In this document: in pieces, positions 48,266 to 61,123 of the stretch | Layout: each line of letters opens with the position of its first letter | Position numbering within the stretch: position 1 is the stretch's first letter | From: Mayamaea pseudoterrestris | Lineage: Eukaryota | Reading direction: 5' to 3' | Assembly: GCA_027923505.1 (NCBI GenBank) | Contig: BROI01000011.1 | Coordinates: forward strand, 868,001-932,000 | Length of the DNA: 64,000 nt | Translations under genes and position numbers: made by a program | The notes under the pieces: model-generated | Seen by the model: the letters and a program-made list of their open reading frames with translations, nothing else | Told to the model about the DNA's origin: nothing | Database searches by the model: none

Positions 48266-48622
48266 CGTGTTGAAAGTACTGGGTAGTGATGATGTAGGAG
48301 CAGCGGGCCCTATACGTGTATTTTCATCATGGTGTCGCTCGTCTGCCAAAGCGAGGGTATATCGATGTCGAAAAAGTCATTGCGGCACTTGAACGAGAAG
48401 CTTGAAGTCTGCATTTGAGTCGTGCCAAAATATAAATACATAAGCCCTTGTTCCAAGAACTTCAATGACGACGGAATGAACGAACGATCACGCGGTGATC
48501 TTCAGCTAGCGTAACCTATTTATTGTGACTTTCACAAGCCAAGTTACGCAAAAATTATACAGCATCTATCATCAAATCTATCTATACCATCATCAGCAGC
48601 AGCGGCCATCCATGAAACTCTT

Positions 48623-50047
48623 TTAAGGCTCAGCCACGTGGTATTTCAAAGGCTGGCGTTCACTTCCAAAGGTTGAAACTGACAAGTTGTCGTCGTCTTC
48701 GTCCCCGTCAAGGCTGGTCTCGGCATCATTCTTCTCCTCCAAACACTTGCAACCGAAAAAGAAGATTGCTCCAAAGGCAACAATCACAGCAACTATTCGG
48801 TAAACAAATCTGTCACCATTGGCTTGCACGACAAAGCCTCCAACTCCGACGCCCAATATTCCGCCAAGGCCTCGAAAGGACTGCGCCAAACCTTGTCCGC
48901 TTGCCTGGTATCCTGGCGGCATGAGCTGGGCGACAAAATCGACAATGGCAGTCTGGGTGCATGCGTATGTAATGCCATGGAGTGGCTCGAATAGCAGCAC
49001 CATCCAGCCATGCCCCTCGGGAACGTAGGAGTAACCAACCACTCGGACAATGTAGCACGAGCAGGCAAGGAGTAGCATATTACGCGAGCCAAAGCGCTTG
49101 AGAAGCTTTGGTGCCACTTGAAACACAGGGACTTCAAAAGCAATGGTTAAAATAATGGTCCAACCCATGATTGTGTAAGTGCTGCCGAGCGTCTCAAAGA
49201 ATAGAAAGCTAAAGTTGTCCGCGACGGACTGTCCAATCGCCAAGCAAAAGGCAGCCGTAAAGAATGCAATTGAGGGTAGCGAGGAAAGCAGCAACCCGGC
49301 CAAGGACCGCAGTGTGAGCTCTGGCTTATCGGGGACGGGCCGTTCCGTGATTTGGAGCGAGGCATAGTGCGTGGTTGTCTGGTATGTCTGCTGCTCTTGC
49401 TCCACCAAGTCATCGAGGTCGTCAATAATGTCGCTCGATCGCTTCATATATGTTGGTCGAAGCTTCTGCTGGTGAATGACGTAGATAAAGAGGCACGATA
49501 GCATGGCAGGGCCAGTGATCATCGTCATCAAATATACAGCTCGAAAGCCAATATTCTCGACGAGAATGGAGAATCCCCAATGCGCCATTGCCCACCAAAT
49601 GGCTCCGTGCAGTCGCTCCTTTCCGTAGTCGGCCCTTCTCTTTTCTCCCAAGTAGTCAATCGTCATGCCATCCAAAACAACGGTAATCAACGACGCAAAC
49701 CCCGAGTATATGGAACGCAACGCAATGTGCTGCCATGCCCTCGTGGCCCATCCATGGCAGAGTGTCGCAAATGACGCGCCAATGATTCCGAGTGCAATGA
49801 CTTGCGCGCGGCCTTGCTTGGGATTCATTCGCTCTCGGTGATCGGCCCATGCGCCCGCAGTTCCGTTTCCAATCATATCGACGAGTCGCGCAATGCTCAA
49901 GGCAATGCCAATCTCCGACTGATTCAACCCCAAATGTTCGAGGAAAGGACTGAGAAAGCATCCTGCAGTGACAGTCATCCATATAAAGACTGCCGCATAG
50001 AGGAATCTTGGTCGTTCAATATAGTCGAGAACTTGTTGCGGCAACAT
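48623..50047 (-). CDS. MFS transporter (MFS_1-like / MFSD6-like)
   Basis: About 12 hydrophobic segments; GAWAD, DYGKERLHGAI, FEVPVF and EPLHG motifs. Confidence 0.88.
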   Translation of the reverse strand: MLPQQVLDYIERPRFLYAAVFIWMTVTAGCFLSPFLEHLGLNQSEIGIALSIARLVDMIGNGTAGAWADHRERMNPKQGRAQVIALGIIGASFATLCHGWATRAWQHIALRSIYSGFASLITVVLDGMTIDYLGEKRRADYGKERLHGAIWWAMAHWGFSILVENIGFRAVYLMTMITGPAMLSCLFIYVIHQQKLRPTYMKRSSDIIDDLDDLVEQEQQTYQTTTHYASLQITERPVPDKPELTLRSLAGLLLSSLPSIAFFTAAFCLAIGQSVADNFSFLFFETLGSTYTIMGWTIILTIAFEVPVFQVAPKLLKRFGSRNMLLLACSCYIVRVVGYSYVPEGHGWMVLLFEPLHGITYACTQTAIVDFVAQLMPPGYQASGQGLAQSFRGLGGILGVGVGGFVVQANGDRFVYRIVAVIVAFGAIFFFGCKCLEEKNDAETSLDGDEDDDNLSVSTFGSERQPLKYHVAEP

Positions 50048-50310
50048 GATTACCACGTTATTTGCTGTCAATCACAGATTGTGTGAAGCGTGTTGATGAT
50101 GGCTTTGAAAAAAGTGATGGGGTGGCTGATGTTTAAGCGATGATGCGATGGGATATGAAGTGGAGTCGATCAACGATGTCATGTTGCATGTGTGTCGGTC
50201 TTTCGGTAATTTGAATGGCCAATGCCTTCCGACGGCTTCACGACTGGCACGTCACACGTGGTTAACTGCAAGAAGAATGTCTCTTGTTAAGCACTACTCA
50301 TTGTTTACAG

Positions 50311-51174
50311 TTAATGGATTAGCGTTGCAAGTATGCCAATGGCAACCATAGCCCTCGAAAATGTTAGTAAAGGCAACGCGTGGCTCGCATCGGAATGAGT
50401 CGTTGTTGTCGGCTCCGACGAATCTGAACCGGGAATAGCTGGTGGTTTCTCCGCAAATACAGGCGCAATGGGAGAAGGTGACTTGGTAGTCGCAGCTTCT
50501 ACAGTTTCACTCGTGGGAAGTATAGCCTGCAGTGGAGTTGGAGCAAAGGAGCCATCGCACCTCGGTTGTATGGGCGACAAACACGCTGAGACATTGCTGC
50601 TATCCGACTTGGCATCGACCAGATTGGCTTCTATCATCATGGAACCTTTACACGCGCCAGTGTTTAACACGATAATGCCAAAGGACGCCTGATTGCCAGC
50701 AATGCCTTGGTACGAGAATGCGGAACATAGTCTCGTGTTACTGCTGAGATTGCCGTTGCACGCAAGGTTTGGCGTCGTCGCTCCAAATAATACATCAATG
50801 TCTGCCGTAGTTTGTGGCGCAAAGGGACAGCCGCCTGTCGCAAAGGTGTCAGCCGTCGCGACGAGTCCATCCGTGCGGTTAAACAATCCGTTGGATCCAT
50901 GACTAACCGCTACGGAAAGATTTGTTGTTGAGATAGTGTTCGAATCACTGTTGGCGAACTGAAAATTGAATGATGCTGCTAGCCTTTCTCCAACGGCAGG
51001 GCAAGCTACTTCCAGGGGCACAAAGACTTGTATCAATCGCCCATCAAATGTTTCAACCGAGCAAAGATCGTCTGCTTGGATTGTGGCAATGATTGCGATT
51101 GCCAACACGAGCAAGGCGTACCGAAAAGCAAGTGCTTGACAATGACATGCGATGGAGGTGCGAGCAGACAACAT
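50311..51174 (-). CDS. Hypothetical secreted or GPI-anchored protein
   Basis: 287-aa ORF with signal peptide, Cys-containing domain, Pro/Thr stalk and hydrophobic tail. Confidence 0.65.
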   Translation of the reverse strand: MLSARTSIACHCQALAFRYALLVLAIAIIATIQADDLCSVETFDGRLIQVFVPLEVACPAVGERLAASFNFQFANSDSNTISTTNLSVAVSHGSNGLFNRTDGLVATADTFATGGCPFAPQTTADIDVLFGATTPNLACNGNLSSNTRLCSAFSYQGIAGNQASFGIIVLNTGACKGSMMIEANLVDAKSDSSNVSACLSPIQPRCDGSFAPTPLQAILPTSETVEAATTKSPSPIAPVFAEKPPAIPGSDSSEPTTTTHSDASHALPLLTFSRAMVAIGILATLIH

Positions 51175-51724
51175 GTTGAATGTTGATACTCATCGGGATC
51201 GCAACTAAATACTGCGTCTCATGTGTGACTGCGATGTTTATAAGTCTCCGACGCATCGTCTTCGTCGCCATCAAGAGACTATTCTTGCTGGAATACTATC
51301 TTGCAGTCACTTGCTCCTTCAGTCGCGGGAAGAAAAGGTGATGGCCTTCTGATTCTCGGTGGGTGCGATCGAGCAGGCCGAGCATTGGAAAGCGCGCGCC
51401 GAATTGAGTCACAGTTGAGCGCCGATACCGGTAGGATCCGCTGCTATGCAAGGAGTGCCGAGTTAAATTGGGCTGCCTTGCAGTGCAGTTGCTTGCCTTG
51501 TCTAAAAGGTGATGCAGTTGAATTCATTTCGAGCTTCTGTAATGAGAAAAGACCGCTGAAAATCGTTTGCTGCTGTCTTTGATGTTCGACTCGTAACCAT
51601 TGCCAGCAAACATTCAGAAAACATGACTGGAAAAGGTTTCAATGTAATGAATTTAATCTAATCTATTATGTTTATGTTATAAGACTTGATGCTTGCTTAT
51701 GCAGAAACAGCTGTCACGTCGAAA

Positions 51725-53231
51725 TCATGGACTGGGCTTGGACATGACGACGTTCCAGGTACCGTTAGCAGCAGGAATAAAAATCGGCGGATGCACGAGC
51801 TTTGCTTCCTCTGGCAGCAGGTCGGTGAGAAGAGGTGCAGCTGAAGAGGATTGCAGCTTGATCTCAACGTTACGAATATCTGCAAGCTCCTCCTCTTCCT
51901 CGTCATCAATCCACTTGGAGGTGGTGTACGCCGATCGTCGCTGCGACTTGTTTTCGTCGAGGACACCCATGACATCCTTTCGAATTGAGTCACACAGAAT
52001 CGACAAACGGAGCGACCCTTGAAAAGGATCCTCAATGGTGTAACCAATTTGGTAAACACCAAACAAAACCCAGGCAATGCAGGCGGCGACGGGGCCCGTC
52101 ATGAACCCAACGTCCTTCACGAGGGCAAATGGCAGCGTGAACAGCCACAGCGTCAAACTCCGGAGCGAGTGACGCGCATAGTTCAGCGGAACGGCTGTCT
52201 GGTGAATCCTTTCGCATTCGCCAATGGCGTTGGATAGTTTGTCAATGCTGCCAAGCATTGTCAATCGTTCGCGTGAGGTAAAGTGTGGGCTGTACGGAAT
52301 GTCCATAATGAGCTCACCGAGTCGGTCGCAAACCCACAGTGGACGGTTCTGAGACCAGGCAACTCGCTTGAGAGCCTTGGGCGTAAAGAGGCTCCAAGGA
52401 AGGTTGCGCTTGTCGACGTAACACTTTTTTGGCTCCGCATCCTCCGGTTCCACGACATGGTGTCGCGACTCGAAACGAGTTTCAGCCGCAAAGAGTGGTT
52501 CCGCGAGGCGCAGTCGATGCTCTGGTGATATACTGTCGGGGTTTGACTCGCACAAGCATCCCTTCTGGCGAGAATAACCCGATCGAACGTGGTGTCTCAG
52601 TAAATATGGATAGGCTGCTGTGAGTTTCAGTATTTGTTCGTGCTTCTTTGCGCCCATATCGTTGCGATATAAAGTGACCAAGCGACTCAGGTTGCGACTG
52701 ACAGATAATATGTTTTCCCAAATCTTTCTTCCTTCCTGCGATTCAAAAGCAAGTTGGCAAAGTTGAGGTTATGTTATAGATTTCATATACATTCAAACGA
52801 CCTCGATTACTCACATTGAATCGTTGATAGGCACTGTTGGTGCGGAATACAAGTAGCAAACTGAGGGCGCTCACCAGAAAACCATGCGCAGTTCCGGGAA
52901 TGCAAATTGTGTTTCCGATCAGTTTATGCAAAAGGCTCACGACGGTTGAAAAGGCAGCCACTGCCAACACGGGGCTTTTTACTTCCCGAAGGACTTCAGA
53001 ATGTGGGAGCGATTGAATATTGTAGAACCAGTCTGACGCAGCGTGACGATTGTTGACGAGCGACGAGCCCGTATAAAGTTCGAGCCGTGTGGTGGTCACT
53101 CCGACTTGATCCGATGGGCTCAAACCAAAACTCCTGCGTGCGATGGGCTTACTGTTCCGGCCATTGGCAACGAATGCCAATGATGGCGCAGTCGCCGAGC
53201 TTGCAATGAACAACAGAAAGCAATACCTCAT
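51725..53231 (-). CDS. Bestrophin-like (UPF0187/VCCN1/BST) anion channel, plastid-targeted (intron 52736-52814)
   Basis: LSLLLVFRTNSAYQRFN|EGRKIW, CERIHQTAVPLNYARH and IEDPF motifs; signal peptide followed by LAFV. Confidence 0.9.
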
Positions 53232-53963
53232 GGTGAAGATGCACTGAACGGCAGTTGAAAATGATAAAGTGATCAACTTTTGCTAAAATTGGATAGTCGT
53301 TGTTCCAAGAAGAATCATGGGCCAGAGAGTCGTTTGAATCTGAGCCCGACAGATGCGGGTCACCATCGCTACAAGATTCGTCATCGTGGTCCTGCAAGAT
53401 GGTGCGTCGCTCCATGTGCTCCGATTCGCCATTAAATGTACTGTAGCTTCAAATGTACAAAAGATGGGTCACAATGACCTAAAATGTAGCAGAAGGCCTT
53501 TTCCAAGTTGAATCGTGCCGAGTCCCTCCTATGCCACGCCGTCGACCATGGGCCAATCAAGATCAGACATGGGGAAATGAGAAAGCCGGACTCGTCCGTT
53601 TGATCCGGGAGCGAAGTCTGCCTCAAGTTGCATGGCCAAAGTTGGCAAGTATGTAAAGGATTATGGTTTGCGACGACAAGATACGAGCAAGCTTATTGAA
53701 AAGCTTTTACATCGTGCAGCGGGACTTTCGAATGAGAGCCCCAATGAGCTACATAACGCGCCAATGCGGGTCTTCATTTCAGCCAATCAGCATCGTCCAG
53801 CCATTAACTATGCGACACGTGACTCCGGGCGCAACGGAACACGAAAAGCGAACAAGAACAAAACCTCGCCATCTCCGTGTCGCTCCTTTGACAACTCCTT
53901 CCTTTGGCTCGCACAGAATTTAAAGACGAGTTAAAACTTCAACGCCTGCTACAAACAATCGCC

Positions 53964-54746
53964 ATGATGGATGAAGAATGGGAATACTCTCCTCGCTCGA
54001 CAATCCTCGCTGGGGACTTGACCTTGTTGCCTCCATTTCTTGTGGACGACGAGCCTCATGGAGTCTCACTCGAAAACTTTATTCGAGAGGTTCCCAATGT
54101 CGTCAAGGATCGACAGTTGCGTGGAATACCAGCAGGATCAGAAGAAGACCCGATTCAGAACCTCTTTGGGTGAGTATGTGTATACACAATCTGTGCATGT
54201 TTGACATTTCTGCTCGCCCACGGCCATAATTCTCAATCTCTCACCCACATTGTTCGTTTCCTCGGTCATTGATTCTGCAGGCGTTTGAATCTGGAGCGGC
54301 GTGATTGGGAACGATTTGCGCACTTTGATCCACTCAAGCCATATACCCGTAATCTAGTCGCGTCTGACGGCAAGACGTACACGCTCTTGGTTCTTTGTTG
54401 GAACGGCGAGTCGCCCATCCACGATCACCCTTGCGATGGTTGCTGGGCCCGGGTCTTGCAAGGATCTGTTCGCGAGTGTCGCTATCAAAAGGTCGACGGT
54501 AGCGACAAGCTTCTCTGTACGCAAGAGACTGTCATGGAGGAAGGCGAAGTCATGTTCATGGAAGACTCGATGGGCTATCACAAGATTGGGTGCACCGATT
54601 TAAAGCAGCCATCGGTTACCTTGCATTTGTACACGCCACCATATCAGAGCTGCAAGATTTTTCTCAATGGAACGCGCAAGTCGAGCGAAGCAACTGTATG
54701 CTTCTACTCGATCAATGGAGTAAAGGTACAGCGATGCGGAACTTAG
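53964..54746 (+). CDS. CDO1: Cysteine dioxygenase type I (intron 54170-54280)
   Basis: YTRNLV, LCW…SPIHDH…C, GYHKIG and LHLYTPP motifs. Confidence 0.9.
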
Positions 54747-55002
54747 ATGCTTATTAGAATGGCGACTTTCGATCCTTTTTCGATTATCAAGCAGCAGATC
54801 CGTGTATGCATCTTAGCCGACGACAAAATTAAATGAAATTATCAATATACATACATAACGACAAAAGTCCATATAATGTAAGGCCTATGAAATGAAGCAA
54901 CCTCATGCCTCGCATGCAAATCGTCGCTCGATACCAAGAGTAGCCACACCAGTACATTCGCACCACAGCAGCAATGACTGCTTGATCCGGCGTATATCGG
55001 AG

Positions 55003-55800
55003 CTATACAGGATTCTGTCCGTTCGTGTCTTCCGCCGACAATCCCACCGTCGGTGGTCTATAAGACTGGTTCGCTTCCGGCCATGTACATGACAGGAAGA
55101 CGGAAAAGCATCCTGCAGCCAGCCATGCGAAAAATGTAATCCATTCAAGTCCTCTCACACCAGACGTGTTCTGGCCCTTCATTCCCAGACAAAGAAACGA
55201 GACAAACACGAGGAAGAAACCCTTGCCTTTGAGGCCGTACATGAACCCAAAGTTTCTTCGAAAGCTTTTATTCAGATTGCCGAGTTGGTGCCACCAAATC
55301 GTTTCGTACAGGAACAGCAGAACAGCAAAGATGACCATGTAAGTTGCCAAAAAGCCTTCCGAAATTTGCGAAACTTGTTTGGGCTTGAAATGGATCAAGG
55401 ACAAAATGCCCAACGTCGCCATCAAGGCGGCCAAACCGCAGTTAACCAATGAGAGCAGAACGATAAAGCATCTTGCTCGGTTACTGATAGAATTGCATAC
55501 ATAAAGGTAGACTTTGTAAGATAATGGTCAACCGCAGCGTCATTATGATTTGACCAAGAGAGCCGTTGGGCATTCTCGAACATCAAGATTCCGTTGACCG
55601 CGAACGACTTAACGATGACACGGAATCTCACATGTCCATCGACGAAAAGCAAACCTCCATTTTACTCACAGTGCAGAGCCCGAGTTCACATTTTGACCGG
55701 TTCCAATCGGAGCATTCACAGCCATAGGAGTTCCAGGGTTTACTGTCACCGAGTTGCCGGTGCTGCCCGGGCTAGCCCAATCTGGATCGCCGTACGCCAT
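55003..55800 (-). CDS. COPI-associated / Tvp15-like Golgi membrane protein (intron 55484-55669)
   Basis: Small multi-TM protein with Y…FA.LL..YE…NFGFMYGLKGKGFFLVF. Exon 1 was reconstructed manually. Confidence 0.72.
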
Positions 55801-56015
55801 GGTGTTGGTCGACTCGCGATTTTGTGTTGCTCGCCGGCAAAACTCGGATTCCGATAGCTCGGAACCTTAACACGTAAACTGGCTCGGCTTGCTCGCGCAC
55901 CGGCGGAGCACCGACCTTTGGCGATGGCGTCGTTGACGACTCGTCTCGTCCACAATGGTGAGCGCCACAATTGCAGCCGCTGACATTCTCATTCTACTCC
56001 CCAACACTAGCAGCC

Positions 56016-56687
56016 ATGGCGCCAGCTCTGTACGCCGGACGCGACAACCGCGCAGCAACCAAGCAGCAAATGATGGACAACATTGAGAGCGAAAAGTTTG
56101 ACCCTGCCAACGTCGACCCTCGCAGCAAAGAAGATACCCAAATGTTCATCGATCATATGCAAGCCAAGCTGGACAACCAAATTAACTTGCTGAAAGCTGA
56201 AAAAGAGAATCAGCTGAACAAACTAAAGCAAGTCTTTGGTAATGGCATGTTGAAGATGGCCAAGGGAACGCGAAAGATGACCATTGCAGAGTTCAACGCT
56301 GCGAATTCATGCGACATTGTTTCCATCATTCGCAAAACCAAAGAACTGTCTTCCACCTCGTCAAACGATGCTTCTTTAACTACTCCGTCCATGATTCGTC
56401 GCAAAGGTGCAGAGCCGACGCCTCGAACCGTCCGACGCGGAGAGCAAGTGGTGTCGTGCAACGGATCGCCAGTCGACCTCTACGAAGAAGGGACACTAGT
56501 AGCTACAGTCACCAAGAATAGTCGACGAGAGCCAAGCATGGAAATTCATGTCGGTCAGGGCAAGTTCATTAATATTGGTGATGCTGACGAACTCAAGGAA
56601 GCCAGCACGGCGGAGAAGGCAGTTGCCCATGACAATTTGAAGGCCCTCCGCGCTCAGATTGATAACCTCATGAGCAAACACTGGTAA
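56016..56687 (+). CDS. Borealin-like chromosomal passenger complex subunit
   Basis: Coiled N-terminus ending MLKMAKGTRKMTIAEF, plus RTVRRGEQVVSCNGSPV, resembling Borealin motifs. Confidence 0.65.
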   Translation: MAPALYAGRDNRAATKQQMMDNIESEKFDPANVDPRSKEDTQMFIDHMQAKLDNQINLLKAEKENQLNKLKQVFGNGMLKMAKGTRKMTIAEFNAANSCDIVSIIRKTKELSSTSSNDASLTTPSMIRRKGAEPTPRTVRRGEQVVSCNGSPVDLYEEGTLVATVTKNSRREPSMEIHVGQGKFINIGDADELKEASTAEKAVAHDNLKALRAQIDNLMSKHW

Positions 56688-56821
56688 CGCGAACCAATGG
56701 AATAACCAATGAGTGGCTGGCAAGGCGAGAGAATTGCAATATATATATTAGCTTCATAAATTAGCGATCAGAAAAAACAATTTTGGCTGTTAAATTCGTC
56801 GTCGTAGCTGCTACTGCGCAC

Positions 56822-59801
56822 TCATCCACGAAATAACGACAGAGTGGTATCAGGCGTGATAACATCGTCGTCTGCGAGCTCTCGTACTAAGTTAATAGGT
56901 CTTTCCCAAAGTGCAACTGCTCCACGAGACGTTGCATCCTTTGACAGTAAGCGAAGCGTTTCAGTCTTTGCCCCACGGAGCAGAGCCATTGCTTCAACGT
57001 TGCCGACGCACACAAGCTGGTGTTTTGCTCTGGTCAATGCAACATTTACCCTTCTGTTATCGATAAGAAAGCCGGCAGTGTCCAACCCGCGGACGAAGGA
57101 TACAAGGACTACATCGGCTTCGCATCCTTGGCTCGAATCAACAGTGCTTACAAATATCTTGTCAAACCCTCGAGCGCGAAGTTTCCTCCGTATCAATGCA
57201 ACTTGCGCTTTATAAAACGTAATAACGCGAATCCGATCGACAGACTGCCATTCATTATCACCAACGGCGCGATTTCCGAGTTGCTGCACGAGCTGCACAA
57301 TAACTTCGGCTTCGCCGTGATGGCTTATACACGCGTCGGATACCGATGCCATACCACGGACTTGGTAAAATGTGTATGACGGGCAGTCGATTCTGTTAGC
57401 GTTTCCTCCATACGCATGGCTGCAGACATTTGGTCCGTTTTCAATGGAACTTCCGTAGAATCGTGACGCCGGAAAGGAAGCAATTTGCGGGTGCATGCGA
57501 TATTGACAGTTCATTAAAATGTAACCAAACTGACAGCCATGCATAAGTCGCTCATGCAAACTTACATCCAGTCCCAAGCGCTTGGCGCGATCACTGACAA
57601 CAACTGATGGTAGCTGCTTCGGATCACCGACTATAAGAAGTCGCTTTGGGTGACGCTGAAACGGAATGTAGAGATCAGGTTCGGTTGCTGCAGCAGCTTC
57701 ATCCACTACCAAGTCATCAAAGTCAGTGGTGAAGAGAATGGATGGCGACCCCGAGCTGCATAAAGTGCAAAAGACTGCCGCTGCTGTTCTCATGAGCTCA
57801 TTCTTTACGACGAGCGGGTCAAGCTCGCGAAATTGTTTGATGAACTTATGCAGCTCCTTGACAATCGGCTCATACGCCCGACTTGCGGTGCATTTGAGCT
57901 TATGCAGTTTGTCAATCGCTTCATCTAGCTTATCCATGAGACTTTGAGGAATGTCCGGGAGAGAGCTCTTCATCCGAGTATGAAGACGGTCGCCTTCGTC
58001 GCACAAAGTGTTTAGCTTTGCCTCGTTCACTGTGCCCGTGCGCAGCCCTTCTGCAAGATAATTGCTAACCTGCTCCCAAGCCATTGCCATATTTTTCTGC
58101 CAAGATCCAAGAAAGTATGGTTTTAAAACATCTGGCATACCACTGTCTCGGAGCTTGTCCTTGTTCCCTGTCACAATAATATTCAAATTTATGTTCTCGT
58201 CCTCGGACAACTCACTGACAAAACGAGTTGCTACAATTGACACTGCCTTGTTAGTCGGAGCGCACACCATGATGCGCTTGTGCCCCTCGTGCCGGTTTCG
58301 TACATATCGAAGAAGAATGGACACTAGGAGTGTCGACTTCCCCGTGCCGGGAGGCTAATAGGAGGAATGAAAGAAAGTCAGTCACAAGGCAGTAGATATG
58401 CTGAAAAATACTTGAACTTACTCCCTGTGCGATAGTTATTGATCCGGGCGTCGATGTTAGAAAGGTGTGCGCTACTCTTGCCTGCGACTTATTCAGCCGT
58501 GCTAACACAAAATCGTCGGTAGTTCCTTCGTCAACAGAAGGATCAGTAATTGTGGGTGTCTTCCCCAACAGTGTATTGATAAAAGGAACTTCCCGAGCCC
58601 GACACGTCGTTACTGCATGAAATTGTCGGCTGAGGCTCACAAAGGTCGCTTCAATGGGGATCAACTTCATTCCCTCGCCATCGCAACGCCCATGCGGCGA
58701 TTTCCATACGTCGTCTTGAGCATTCGGTAGGTTTAAAGCAAGTACATCGAAGTGCTTCTTTTTCATTAAGCGGTCCTTATGACATGGCTGGATGACGGCA
58801 AAGGATATAACGTCAGATCCACACGTCTGCATTAAACATACCCCACCACCCTGCAAGCATTCAAGTTCTGCGTCAGTAAAACGATCCTTCTTTGGGTCGA
58901 CATGCGTAGACCTCCTTTTTAAAGTATACGTTATAAAACTTTTTAGAGAAGAAGTTGGTTCATCAAACACATTTTCGTCCATGACAATTAGATCTTCGAA
59001 ACTTTCGAAGTACTTTGGTTTCTTTTGATTCCACAAGGGCGTGAGAGCCTGCGCCAAGACTTCGCGCGCCTCCTCCAGAACCAACGACGCTCGGACTTCA
59101 AAATGCTCCTTCACCGTCTCCTGCCTTGGCGGAATCGCAGCCTTGACTATCGCCAGATCTGTGCGTTCGCAAAGCTGCTCCCATAGTGCAAGTGAGGCAT
59201 TGACATTGTCCTTGGAGTTGACATAGTCCTGTGGAGGTGTCCGGAACATTGCAGCATAAAAGGCATAGTATCCTTGCCTCGCATAATCAGATATTAAAGC
59301 CACGACACTCGGAGAGGCTACACGAGGAGATTGATGAACGTCTCCTCGGATTGGTGAGCACGCCGAACTGTGATCAAGTTGGAAAGACGTTGAATCACGA
59401 CGCAGCGATCCAGGCTCGTGTTTAATAGCCAGACGCTCAGCAGTTCGAGGCGGCGACTCAACGAGGGTAGCATTCGACGTTCGCTGCTTCTTCGCATATG
59501 GATTGATAATGACTTGAGGTTGAGCTGCAGGTGTTGCGGCCGCGAGGTGCTGCACATTTTGCAGCTTTGTCGCGGTCGCAGGCTCCAACAAACGCGTACT
59601 TGTTGCCAGAGAAATTCCGTCATGTTCTTCAGCAGGTTGGAATGTCCTTTCGGTAGGCGAATTTGCAAAACAATCAGACGCTTCAGAATGGTAGGTTCGT
59701 TTCGTCTGTGATAATGATGTCGCATGTTGCGATGGTCGAGCACACGCGACACCATCTTCGTCGGGAGTCAGCTCATAGTTCTGGAGCGTGTTCATTTCCA
59801 T
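56822..59801 (-). CDS. Upf1/Sen1-like superfamily 1 helicase (intron 58355-58421)
   Basis: Spliced QG|PPGTGKS, CAPTNKAV, VVDEAA, GDPKQLP, QYRMHP, TVDSSQGCEAD and RRVNVALTRAK. Confidence 0.92.
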
Positions 59802-60244
59802 GCCTTTTCTGTAGTGAATTTCAAGATAGCCGAGAAGGAGGTGCAAACCTGTCGATCAGTTTGAAATGAGGCTATGATTAAGGCAGCAAGAGCAAGTGCT
59901 GCTCTGTCTGTCAAGTGTCACTGGGCTGGACTAGCGTATCCGGATGGGCAATGAGAAAGCTATCGCTTGATTTTGTTTATGAGACATCAGACTCGCTTTA
60001 ACCAGCAAAGCCTGCAAAGTTTACTGCATTCCGACAAAGTCTGCTGGTTCAACCTTCGAAACTGCCAGCGACGATCGCCCAATGGGTCGGTCACTGCGAC
60101 ATCAATTCGGTCGTGTATTTAAGTACCGCTACGACTTCGATCGAATTGATCTGCCATCGACCATGGCGCGCGCAACCACAAAGCATAGTGCTTTGGATGC
60201 ATTGGTAGAACTCGTTGCATCCGGCGCTGCACGCATTGGAACTG

Positions 60245-60886
60245 ATGGAGCTCTCCTTCGCATCAGCAGTGCAACGAAACGAGCCATGGCTGTACTTTGC
60301 GGCTGGTGCGCTGCTTCCCACGCTTGCCTATGCATTGCTCTTGCGACGAAGCAACAAGAACAAAACTGTAAGCAATCATCAGCTACGAGCCGTCAGTAAA
60401 GAGTCAGAAAGAAATGAAGGTAACGCATACGACGACGATGAAGGCGAAGAGGATGAGTCCGACGAAGAAAGCGAGGATGAAATGAACCTTGCAACGAAAG
60501 GTGGACCATCCTCGGAATGGAGTTACAGTCACGCTCCCTACAAGATGGTATTTTGCGTCAATACTTCACTGAAAGCCATGGGCAAGGGTAAAATGGCCGC
60601 GCAGTGTTGCCATGCCGCCGTTGGGTGCTACAAGCGAGCGCTCAAGCAATGTCCAAAGGCGCTGCAGGCATGGGAGTATTCGGGCTGCGCCAAGATTTGT
60701 GTCAAGAGTCCGGACGAGGATGAAATGCTAGACATTGCCGCCAAGGCCTTGTCACTGGATATTCCAGTATATTTGGTACAGGATGCTGGTCGGACGCAGA
60801 TTGCTGCTGGATCAAGGACTGTTTTGGGTTTGTTTGCTCCAGTCAGCGTCTTGGATGAAGTGACTGGTCACTTGAAACTTATGTAG
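60245..60886 (+). CDS. PTH2: Peptidyl-tRNA hydrolase 2
   Basis: N-terminal TM; KMVFCV…MGKGKMAAQCCHA, KICVK and DAGRTQIAAGSRTVLG. Confidence 0.95.
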   Translation: MELSFASAVQRNEPWLYFAAGALLPTLAYALLLRRSNKNKTVSNHQLRAVSKESERNEGNAYDDDEGEEDESDEESEDEMNLATKGGPSSEWSYSHAPYKMVFCVNTSLKAMGKGKMAAQCCHAAVGCYKRALKQCPKALQAWEYSGCAKICVKSPDEDEMLDIAAKALSLDIPVYLVQDAGRTQIAAGSRTVLGLFAPVSVLDEVTGHLKLM

Positions 60887-61123
60887 ATGCAAGCGTATTT
60901 CTTGCTACTAATATACTGTCCAGCATCTTGGATGAAGTGACTTGTCATCTATAGCCAATGTACTGGATGGATGCGTATCTCTTTACTGCTATTGCATTGG
61001 CATACTGATAATATAGGAGCATGAATGGATGTACTTTTTCTATACGGTTAAATAAATGAAACTGCTACAGATAAGTTGCGTGCACTCGTGCCAAATCCCC
61101 GACCGAATACACCCCATGCATTC

